DNA from: Halomicronema hongdechloris C2206
Lineage (GTDB): Bacteria; Cyanobacteriota; Cyanobacteriia; Phormidesmidales; Phormidesmidaceae
Direction: 5' to 3'
Length of the DNA: 32,000 nucleotides
NCBI RefSeq assembly: GCF_002075285.3
Contig: NZ_CP021983.2
Coordinates: 5,460,001 to 5,492,000 of the forward strand
The notes beneath the pieces are model-generated. The model ran no database searches. It had not been told where the DNA came from and was given only the letters and a program-made list of their open reading frames with translations. Positions 1 through 7,307 of this stretch are shown here, piece by piece (within the stretch, counting starts at the first letter, position 1; each line of letters opens with the position of its first letter). The translations under genes and the position numbers were made by a program.

Positions 1-425
1 CAGAATGTAGAGAGATTGGCCCCGAATGCCACCATGATGGTGGCGACATAGTGCATCACGGGAGGCACTCGCTTCCAGCCAAATAGCATGATGCCCAGGA
101 ATCCGGCCTCTAGCATGAAGGCCATGGCCGACTCAAAGCCTAGGATACTACCTAGGAAGTCGCCCGTTGCCTCTGATAATGGGGCCCAATTGGTGCCAAA
201 CTGAAACTCCATGGGCAACCCCGAGGCCACGCCAATGCCAAAGTTTAAGACATAGAGTTTGGCCCAGAAACGGGCGTGGTGGTAGTACTGGGGCTGTTTA
301 GTCTTTAGCCATAGTCCTTCGACAATCACTAAGTAAATGGCCATGCCAGTGGTCAAGACTGGCCACAGCATATGGAAGATAGCCGTTAGGGCAAATTGCA
401 GGCGCGATAGGGCAACAACGTCCAT
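1..425 (-). CDS. cydA: Cytochrome bd quinol oxidase subunit I, N-terminal ~141 codons (gene runs off the left edge)
   Basis: Absent from the ORF track because the window edge truncates it. My reverse-complement translation from the ATG at 425-423 gives [39 protein letters not shown]...[17 protein letters not shown]...LFGWKRV. This matches the conserved CydA N-terminus (E. coli [29 protein letters not shown]...[10 protein letters not shown]). AGGAG lies about 7 nt upstream of the ATG. Confidence 0.9.
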   Translation of the reverse strand, partial: [141 protein letters not shown]

Positions 426-733
426 AGCAACTCCTGAGGTAGGCAATGGGCCGATGGACAGCCTGGGCAGAAGAATGGGCCGCCATCGGCGTCAGAGGCA
501 TCGCTGGAGACGCCCTCCCTTCCATCTTGCCGAATCTGATAGAAAATAACTTGCTTAGAGAAAAACAGTTGATTTAGAGTCCTCACGGCAAGACGATGGA
601 TGCCACGCTTAGTCTAACGAGAATTTACTCGTGAGCTCAGGAGTCACCGGATATCCCTGAAGATCAAGGGTTCACAAGGAATCGACGATTTTAGCCGCCA
701 TTTAGTCACATTGACTGCCCCAGCGTAGTGCAA

Positions 734-1612
734 CTATTTAGGCGTGGGGAAATAAAGCACTGGATGCCAGCAACGGCGCAAGATGTCGCGGGTGAGGCTG
801 GGAATAGACCATTTCATGAATCCGCCAATGCCTCGGGAGCAGGTTGCGATCGCACCGATGTCGTGATGGGTAGCTGCCTTGATAATCTCCTCCAAGGGGT
901 CTCCTTGCTGGATGGAGGTGTTCACCACCAACCCCAACTCAGCCAAGTCCGCCTGGACCTGATCCAGGCGAGCCTGGGCCTCAATTTTAGGCTGATCCCC
1001 CTGCAGCTCTCGACGAATGCTATCGTCAATCACCCATAATAGGCGACAGCGCTCCAACACAGAGTTGGGATTGCTGGTCACCTGCTGTTTGATTAGATCA
1101 ATCAATGCATCAGCCCCATCACTACCGTCATAGGGCACTAACAAGTAGCGAAATAGAGAGCTACAGCGCAGCTCTAACTCAGCCGTGGTGTAGGTAGAGA
1201 TGAGCTGCGGTCTGAGAATGATCATGGGCACAGTGGTCTTCTCCGAGAGCCGCATCGTGGTACTACCGAAGAGTTTTTCTTCCAGCAATGTCCGGGTCGG
1301 CGTGCCCAGAAAAATTACCTCAATGTCATAGGTTTGCACCAGCCGCAAGATGTTGTCACTAGAGCGGCCCGACTGCACCTCGATGACAGCCTCAGCCTCA
1401 GCCGGCACGTCCCGCAGCCGCTCCTTGAACATCTGCTGCACCGACTCGATTGCCTCATCGTCAATGCGGGGAATTTCCCGCTCGGTTTCAATGGCGACGT
1501 TGTGGAAGAACACGAAATACCGAATGCCGCCCGCTGTCAAGCTAGGTACGAACTGCAGTAGTCGATCGATGCCATCTGTCAAATCAGTACAGATGAGGGC
1601 CCGTTGAAACAT
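734..1612 (-). CDS. Tandem universal stress protein (UspA-type) domain protein
   Basis: The 292-aa ORF has two USP-like halves. Each starts with a beta strand-type 'ILV..D.S' segment (RALICTDLTDG; YLLVPYDGSDG) and ends with a G..SRG/G...GST-type nucleotide-binding loop (FLGTPTRTLLEEKLFGSTT; CSRGIGGFMKWSIPSLT). It lies directly upstream of cydA on the same strand. Confidence 0.75.
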   Translation of the reverse strand: MFQRALICTDLTDGIDRLLQFVPSLTAGGIRYFVFFHNVAIETEREIPRIDDEAIESVQQMFKERLRDVPAEAEAVIEVQSGRSSDNILRLVQTYDIEVIFLGTPTRTLLEEKLFGSTTMRLSEKTTVPMIILRPQLISTYTTAELELRCSSLFRYLLVPYDGSDGADALIDLIKQQVTSNPNSVLERCRLLWVIDDSIRRELQGDQPKIEAQARLDQVQADLAELGLVVNTSIQQGDPLEEIIKAATHHDIGAIATCSRGIGGFMKWSIPSLTRDILRRCWHPVLYFPTPK

Positions 1613-2224
1613 GATTAATCGCTAACCCATAAGGGACCGAACGGCTCGATCCAAGGGTATCATCCCAACTTTTATTGCAGACGACAGAATCTGAAGGAAT
1701 ACAAATAGCGCTGGCGGCTGTGCCAGAGCTATGGAAGTAAGCAAATATACTCAAAAACCTAGCGATTTATATATCTGAGCTGGGTTACTCAGAGTCTGGC
1801 TGTCTATTCTGGCTGTCATGTGTAGCTATTCTGTTGAGATAACTGCCTAGATCTAGAGACTGCCCTGGCAAAATGTCACCTGAGATCTCGGAACCACCTC
1901 CTGGCAGCTCAGGGATGCCATGGTTCAAAACCATAGGCTTGCAAGCGTCGGCTTTTCCAAGCATCTAGCAGTCATCAAGTATAGGGGTGGTGACCAATCG
2001 CCTGGGTAATAGGCAAGCAAGGCTCTCAGACATACCGTAGATGATACCAAGGGGCTGACAGTCTCGGCAGCGCTCATCTTGAAGGCCTTCTCAGGGTCTC
2101 TCTGCACATTAAGCTCTAAAGGTGAAGATGGAGAAAGTTGACGCCCCAGCATCCCCTGCTCCTTTCCCGGTGGAACCAAGCAAGAGAGGGAGGTCGCCCA
2201 CTTTTTCTATGGGCCCCAGGGCGA

Positions 2225-2419
2225 CTAGAGCTGTGGATGCGGCCCGATTCCCCACTCGTGCTTCAGGAAATGCTTGTACATGGTTTCCCGCATCATCATC
2301 TGCTCGTAGAGCTTAACCAAGAAGTGCTGAGCCTGTTCGCGGCTCATCTTGTTGACCTGAGACTCAAAGGACTTCAGGCTAAATTGCTGTTCTAGGGAGA
2401 GTTTAACTGGCTCGTCCAT
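2225..2419 (-). CDS. nblA: Phycobilisome degradation protein NblA
   Basis: The sequence MDEPVKLSLEQQFSLKSFESQVNKMSREQAQHFLVKLYEQMMMRETMYKHFLKHEWG matches the NblA signature (LSLEQQF..RSF..QV..MS..QA..FLVKLYEQM). I prefer the ATG at 2419 over the track start at 2452 because AGGAG sits 7 nt upstream and the length (64 aa) is typical for the family. Confidence 0.88.
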   Translation of the reverse strand: MDEPVKLSLEQQFSLKSFESQVNKMSREQAQHFLVKLYEQMMMRETMYKHFLKHEWGIGPHPQL

Positions 2420-2707
2420 AACTAACTCCTGTTTGAGAGACAACGACATCAAGACTTGGAAAGGGTTTCCGGAGTCTAGGTCAGCAGCAACAGTCGCAAT
2501 CGAACCGCTGCTATCTATATTTTACAAAATATAACAATCATTTGACATTAGATCCTCCAGTTCAATTAGATTACCCAGGACTATAACAGTCATCACCGGG
2601 AGATGACATCTTTCCTGCGACGTTCACATTTATTTACCAATCTACCGTTGACAAAAGTGCTCAGAGTAAACACTCTGGACGGTCACCAAATGATTTTCGC
2701 AAAATCT

Positions 2708-3496
2708 TTAGGTATTATTACCAGCTGCATCTGGCTGAGGCGCTGGAAGACTGGCCTCTGAATCCCCCTGAAAGGCCACGACCACTGTGGTGATATTGTC
2801 ACGACCACCATGGTGTTTGGCTGCCTCGATCAAGCGTTCTACTGCCGTCTGACAGTCTTTGGCGGTGGTCAGATGCTCCGCGAGCGTAGCGTCAGCGAGC
2901 TCTTCTGTAAGCCCATCGCTGCACAGCAAGAAGCGGTCTCCGGGGGCAACTGCAACCGGTTGGACCTTGACGTGATACAGATCTTCTCGCCCTAGGCATT
3001 GGGATAGCACATGGCGCCAGGGATGGTAGCGGGACTGGGCTGGGGTCAGTTCGCCCTCTCGAATCGCCCGCGCAATCCAGGTGTGATCTTCGGTAACCTG
3101 AATCAGCTGGGCGTGATGCAAGCGGTAGAGCCGGGAGTCGCCCACGTGAGCACACCAGGGGTGGTCATCTTGGTCGCGGCAGGTCAAAATCACGGCTGTG
3201 GTGCCCATATCAGCTCGCTCGGGGTATTGTAGTTGGTCCCGTAGAATGGCCCGATTAGCGGCTAGGAGGGCCTGATGTAGCAGATCTGCCGTAGAGACAG
3301 CCTCGTCCCATGATCGTTGTAGGTGGCGGCTGATAACCTCTGTGGCCAAGCGACTGGCTTCTTGCCCGCCGGCATGCCCTCCCATGCCATCAGCCACGAT
3401 GAAAAACCGTCCTTCTGGATCTAGGTAATAGTCATCTTGGTTGCTAGCGCGCAGCAATCCAGGATCGGTTGATCCTGAAAAGGAGGGTTTCATCAT
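2708..3496 (-). CDS. PP2C-family Ser/Thr protein phosphatase
   Basis: PP2C motifs are present: RASNQDDYY, FIVADGMGGHAGGQEAS, VGDSRLYR, LLCSDGLT and GGRDNITTVVV. The start lies only 14 nt downstream of the ABC1 kinase stop. Confidence 0.88.
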   Translation of the reverse strand: MMKPSFSGSTDPGLLRASNQDDYYLDPEGRFFIVADGMGGHAGGQEASRLATEVISRHLQRSWDEAVSTADLLHQALLAANRAILRDQLQYPERADMGTTAVILTCRDQDDHPWCAHVGDSRLYRLHHAQLIQVTEDHTWIARAIREGELTPAQSRYHPWRHVLSQCLGREDLYHVKVQPVAVAPGDRFLLCSDGLTEELADATLAEHLTTAKDCQTAVERLIEAAKHHGGRDNITTVVVAFQGDSEASLPAPQPDAAGNNT

Positions 3497-3510
3497 GACA
3501 CTTCAGACAG

Positions 3511-5385
3511 TTATGGCAGTCGCTCTGCCCGGGCTAGGCGCAACAATAGCCGAATCAGCGCCACCCCAGCAATGGCAGCAATGATTCCCAGCAAAAGCGC
3601 CAGCCACAGGAATCCAGAGACTAGCAGCAGGGTAGCAGATAAGGTAAAGGCCCCTACCAAAATAGAGTAGCTGGTGGTTAGATTAACGCCACTAATCCGT
3701 CGCAAGACGCGATCGGTTTCAATGGAGCGGACCCGAACTCGAATGTCTCCCCGCTCTAATTTATCGAGGGTATCTTCGATGCGACGCGGCAGTCCCAGGG
3801 CACTGCTGCTGACTTGGGCTGCTTGACGACCCAGTTCGCTAAATAGGGTGTTGCTGGAATTGGGTGAGTTACCGGCCATAAGTTGGTTTGCAAAGGGTTT
3901 GGCTGCTTCCATGAAATTGAACTCGGGATCGAGTCCTTTGCCGACTCCCTCCAAGGTGGAGAAGGCCCGCATCACAAAGGTAAAGGTAGCGGGGAAGCGA
4001 AAGGGCTGATCGTATGCGATCGCATAGAGGTCATCGCTAATGGCGTCGACGGACTGCTCCTCGAAGGGCTTATCCATGAGGTTATCCAGAATGTACTGGA
4101 TCGACCGCCGGATCGGCCCCATGTCGTCTGCCTCCACCAGGGCCCCCAGTTCCACCAAGGACACCATGACCTGGTCAGCATCCCGCTGGGCTACCCCCAT
4201 GAAGGTGCCCATGAGCTTAGTACGGGTGGTGGCTTGCACCTGTCCCATCATGCCAAAATCGTAGAAGATTAAGGCCCCTTCTGGACTGACCGCAATGTTA
4301 CCGGGGTGAGGATCGGCATGGAAGAAGCCATCGTTGAGCAACTGGTGCAGATAGGCTTGAGCCCCCAGGCGAGCCAGGCGTTTGCGATCGAGGCCAGCCG
4401 CTTCCAGGGCTTCATAATGGCTGATCTTGATGCCAGGTAGATACTCTAGGGTGAGTACTCGAGGGGAGGCATAGCGCCAGTAAACCCGTGGCACCTGCAC
4501 CCAACCGAGATTGCGGCAATTGCGTCGGAAGGTGTCGGCATTGCGACCCTCGTTGAGATAGTCAATCTCTAGCCACAGGATGCGACAACACTCTTCATAA
4601 ATGCCGAGCCAGTCACGACCCCGGCCCCACTCGGGATGGCTCTGAAAATATTGGGCAATGCCTCTGAGGATGGAAAGATCGATGCGAAATAGGGTCTGCA
4701 GGCCGGGGCGTTGCACCTTGACGACCACTTCCTCGCCGGAGTGCAATTGGGCCCGATGCACTTGGCCTAGGCTGGCGGCAGCGAGAGGGATGGGATCGAA
4801 GGTCCGGTATAGCTCGTGGATCGGTCGGCCTAGGTCGGCTTCGATGATTTCTCTGGCCTGCTCATAGCTAAAGGCTGGCACCCGATCTTGCAATTTGGCC
4901 AGTTCGTCTACATATTCGCTGGGGAATAGGTCTGCCCGGGTGGAAAAGAGCTGCCCCACCTTGATAAAGGTGGGTCCTAACTCCAATAGGGTTTCTCGAA
5001 TCCAGAGGGCCTGCTGTCGTCGCCGTGCTGCCTGCTTTTCGGGAGTGACGGGACCGGTGTAGCTCCAAGGCTTGCTGTAGGCCCAGCGGGCTCCTAGCAA
5101 CCGCAGCACAAAGCTCCAGATATCGATGGCACGACGCCAACGGGAGTAGTGGCGGCGGTTCCAGCGATAGGTGTCAGCTGATTTCAGCTTCACAGGCACC
5201 TGACTGGTTGTCACAGGTTGGCCATTTGCTGGGGCGGGTGACTGCGATCGCATCGCGCCATTGTTGCTCACCGCAGCCGTTGAAGCGGTTGCCATCGCCC
5301 TATCGACCTGAGTCGACCCCTCCCCCCCTGGTATGGGGGCAGGGGTCGAAATAGCAGCAGTTGATTCGTTGGAAACAGCGGACAC
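3511..5385 (-). CDS. ABC1/UbiB (AarF) family atypical kinase with C-terminal transmembrane segments
   Basis: ABC1-family signatures are present: LGPTFIKVGQLFSTRADLFP, AAASLGQVHRA, VVVKVQRPG and FFHADPHPGNI. The C-terminal stretch is hydrophobic (LTTSYSILVGAFTLSATLLLVSGFLWLALLLGIIAAIAGVALI). Confidence 0.88.
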   Translation of the reverse strand: MSAVSNESTAAISTPAPIPGGEGSTQVDRAMATASTAAVSNNGAMRSQSPAPANGQPVTTSQVPVKLKSADTYRWNRRHYSRWRRAIDIWSFVLRLLGARWAYSKPWSYTGPVTPEKQAARRRQQALWIRETLLELGPTFIKVGQLFSTRADLFPSEYVDELAKLQDRVPAFSYEQAREIIEADLGRPIHELYRTFDPIPLAAASLGQVHRAQLHSGEEVVVKVQRPGLQTLFRIDLSILRGIAQYFQSHPEWGRGRDWLGIYEECCRILWLEIDYLNEGRNADTFRRNCRNLGWVQVPRVYWRYASPRVLTLEYLPGIKISHYEALEAAGLDRKRLARLGAQAYLHQLLNDGFFHADPHPGNIAVSPEGALIFYDFGMMGQVQATTRTKLMGTFMGVAQRDADQVMVSLVELGALVEADDMGPIRRSIQYILDNLMDKPFEEQSVDAISDDLYAIAYDQPFRFPATFTFVMRAFSTLEGVGKGLDPEFNFMEAAKPFANQLMAGNSPNSSNTLFSELGRQAAQVSSSALGLPRRIEDTLDKLERGDIRVRVRSIETDRVLRRISGVNLTTSYSILVGAFTLSATLLLVSGFLWLALLLGIIAAIAGVALIRLLLRLARAERLP

Positions 5386-5428
5386 ACGAGCTCCTAGCTC
5401 AGCATAGTGGGTGGATACCGGCCATCAA

Positions 5429-5746
5429 CTACGAGGCCCGATATTGTTGCAGGGCCACCCGTACTTGGGCAATTTCGGCCCGGAGGTTGTCGATAGTGGC
5501 TTGTAAGTCCTGATCATTGCCCATGGCTGACCCGGTAGATCCATCGGGGTTTTGGACAACAGCGGCTTCGGCTGCTTGGGCGCGGGCCATCACGTCTTCA
5601 GTGAATTGACGCAACCGTTCCCGCTGTTCGGCATCAAACTGCCCCAGTTGACTCAGGGCATCCGTCATGAGTCTTTCTGCCTGCTCACTAGTCGCTTCAG
5701 CCAGGGCACGACCGATGAAAAAGGCGTGGACCATCGGGTTGCTCAT
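5429..5746 (-). CDS. Small conserved-looking helical/coiled-coil hypothetical protein
   Basis: This 105-aa ORF is tightly spaced in the same-strand cluster, 43 nt upstream of the ABC1 gene. Its composition is helical and amphipathic (FFIGRALAEATSEQAERLMTDALSQLGQFDAEQRERLRQF...IDNLRAEIAQVRVALQQY). I could not assign a family with certainty. Confidence 0.6.
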   Translation of the reverse strand: MSNPMVHAFFIGRALAEATSEQAERLMTDALSQLGQFDAEQRERLRQFTEDVMARAQAAEAAVVQNPDGSTGSAMGNDQDLQATIDNLRAEIAQVRVALQQYRAS

Positions 5747-5805
5747 GGGAAAATAAGAAAGATTGCAAACGTCTATGTAGAATTATAACGTGCTCGCCCA
5801 GGAGC

Positions 5806-6537
5806 CTAACCGTCTCGATTCAGGTTATTCCTTGGCTTTATGGCGGATTTAGCCGGATCATCCCCGGCAGTATCCTCTGCAGCGGCATCGGGATGCGATC
5901 GCACCTGCGGCTCGATGGAGTCCCTATCCAGAGTCGACTCATCTGTCTCCGTCACTTCCCGTTCACTTGCCGGTGACGCTTCGCTGTTCGTTCTTGGTGC
6001 CGTTCTTGGCGGCGGCGATGTTGAGGCAGGTGGCTGTGTCTCTGCAGATGGCGCTGCCGCTGGCTCCGGTAACGGCTCGGCATCAGACTGGCGGGATGGC
6101 GCCTCAGGCAATCTCTCCGCGGCTTCTAGGGTGGGCGAGAAAGGCGTCAGTTCCGGAAAGGCATCCCGAGCCCTGACCTCAGGTTCTTCAGACCACTCCA
6201 GGTCACTCTCCAACAGCTCTTCCTCAGCCCGATTGATAGGTCCCTGGTCAGGCTCGAGATAGGGGCTGCCAAAATCCACGGATTCCTCTGTCTCAGACCA
6301 ATCAGACAAGGACGGAAATGATTGGGCAGGATCCAAGCGATGGTTGCCAGCCGCAGAGAGTGGCAACAGCCGTAGCGCCAATCCGATGCCACCGCCGACG
6401 AAGGCAGCGGCTACTGCGGTAGCCAACAGGGCTGGATACCGGCGGGATCGAGGCAATGTGGGGGCCACTGTCGCTGGCAACGGTGAGGGGTGGGGATTGG
6501 GGTGGTTCCGCCGTAGGAGACCAACAACGCCAACCAC
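5806..6537 (-). CDS. Pro-rich linker, one transmembrane helix and an acidic/Pro-rich disordered tail; probably the displaced C-terminal part of the upstream kinase-like gene
   Basis: The 243-codon frame contains no ATG at all. Only a GTG at 6537 could start it. It reads RRNHPNPHPSPLPATVAPTLPRSRRYP, then a TM helix ALLATAVAAAFVGGGIGLALRLL, then a long E/P/S/A-rich tail. It overlaps ORF 6411..7244 by 127 nt in the -1 frame. Confidence 0.55.
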   Translation of the reverse strand: MVGVVGLLRRNHPNPHPSPLPATVAPTLPRSRRYPALLATAVAAAFVGGGIGLALRLLPLSAAGNHRLDPAQSFPSLSDWSETEESVDFGSPYLEPDQGPINRAEEELLESDLEWSEEPEVRARDAFPELTPFSPTLEAAERLPEAPSRQSDAEPLPEPAAAPSAETQPPASTSPPPRTAPRTNSEASPASEREVTETDESTLDRDSIEPQVRSHPDAAAEDTAGDDPAKSAIKPRNNLNRDG

Positions 6538-7244
6538 GTCTCTACCTGATCTGGCGGGGAGTGCAAGCCGCAGTGTATGGCATTGCCATAGACTTCATTC
6601 AAATCAGGCCGACATTGCTTCAGGCAAACATCGGGGGCGTGGGTCGTCTCGACTGCTTCACCGGTTAGGCAGAAATGGAGCAACCTGGCTAGGGCGGCAA
6701 TATCTTGATGAGCTCTGGCCAGCGCCGGCTGGGCCACCTCCTCCCCTGGGTCGGTATTCATCTCTGGTGGCAGTCCTAGTCCAGCTAAGACAATTTGGTC
6801 ATTGCCAAGATGGCACCAGACATGAGCCGGACCAATATCGACAGTAAAGGGACCCGCCTGGGAGATGGCGTTGAGGCCTGCCGCCACCTGCTGTACGTAG
6901 GCCACTGACTGTTGGGCAGTCAAGGGCTGCGCTGGCGTCACCAGGGTGGATAGCGGCTGACCGACACCGGTGGCCATGACCACGAACACGTGGCCCTGCT
7001 CATAAAAACAGGTCAGCGGCGCAATGACGTGGGGATGCCGTTGCTGCCCTAGCTCCGTTATCTGCTCTGTTAGCTGGTCCCATACGTCAGAATCGTTATT
7101 TTTGGGGTGCAAACAACGCACCTGCACCACCTGACCTGTGGGGACATGGGTGGCCAAATACATCAAACCCAAGGCATCCTCACGGTAAATACCGTCGAGG
7201 ATATATTGACCATCTTGGAGGGCTGTACCGGCCGGTAGGGTCAT
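6411..7244 (-). CDS. Protein-kinase-like domain with degenerate catalytic motifs (pseudokinase); reading frame appears broken near 6500-6540
   Basis: The layout follows a Hanks-type kinase, but the key motifs are lost. The G-loop is replaced by IYREDALGLMYLA. VAIK becomes VVQVRCL. HRDxKPxN becomes FTVDIGPAHV. DFG becomes LAGLGL. After ...ETWLALL the frame degenerates into a Cys/Trp/His/Gln-rich tail before the stop at 6411. Confidence 0.6.
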   Translation of the reverse strand: MTLPAGTALQDGQYILDGIYREDALGLMYLATHVPTGQVVQVRCLHPKNNDSDVWDQLTEQITELGQQRHPHVIAPLTCFYEQGHVFVVMATGVGQPLSTLVTPAQPLTAQQSVAYVQQVAAGLNAISQAGPFTVDIGPAHVWCHLGNDQIVLAGLGLPPEMNTDPGEEVAQPALARAHQDIAALARLLHFCLTGEAVETTHAPDVCLKQCRPDLNEVYGNAIHCGLHSPPDQVETWLALLVSYGGTTPIPTPHRCQRQWPPHCLDPAGIQPCWLPQ

Positions 7245-7307
7245 AGGGACTGCCGCCTCTAGACATTTCTGCCTACTTTAGCGTGTTAGGCCCTGAGAGG
7301 ATAGTCA

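Noticed and set aside
298-1039. Track ORFs 298..525 (-), 337..549 (+), 386..586 (-) and 728..1039 (+)
   Set aside because: They overlap the true cydA start region or lie antisense to the USP gene. The cydA frame, missed by the track because it is edge-truncated, explains the coding signal here.
1925-2395. ORFs 1925..2179 (-), 2122..2316 (+) and 2138..2395 (+)
   Set aside because: None has a family resemblance. The plus-strand ORFs run antisense into nblA. None has a convincing ribosome-binding site.
2420-2707. NtcA binding site (GTA-N8-TAC) upstream of nblA
   Set aside because: I checked every GTA and TAC in the spacer. No pair has the required 8-nt spacing.
3883-5140. Several 69-129-aa ORFs on both strands inside the ABC1 kinase gene
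   Set aside because: They are nested within, or antisense to, a gene with strong family motifs. None has recognisable features.
5840-6847. Plus-strand ORFs 5840..6262 (140 aa), 5967..6176 and 6344..6847 (167 aa)
   Set aside because: They are antisense to the low-complexity tail and kinase-like ORFs. Their products are Ser/Gly/Arg-rich low-complexity translations. They mirror the compositional bias of the opposite strand.
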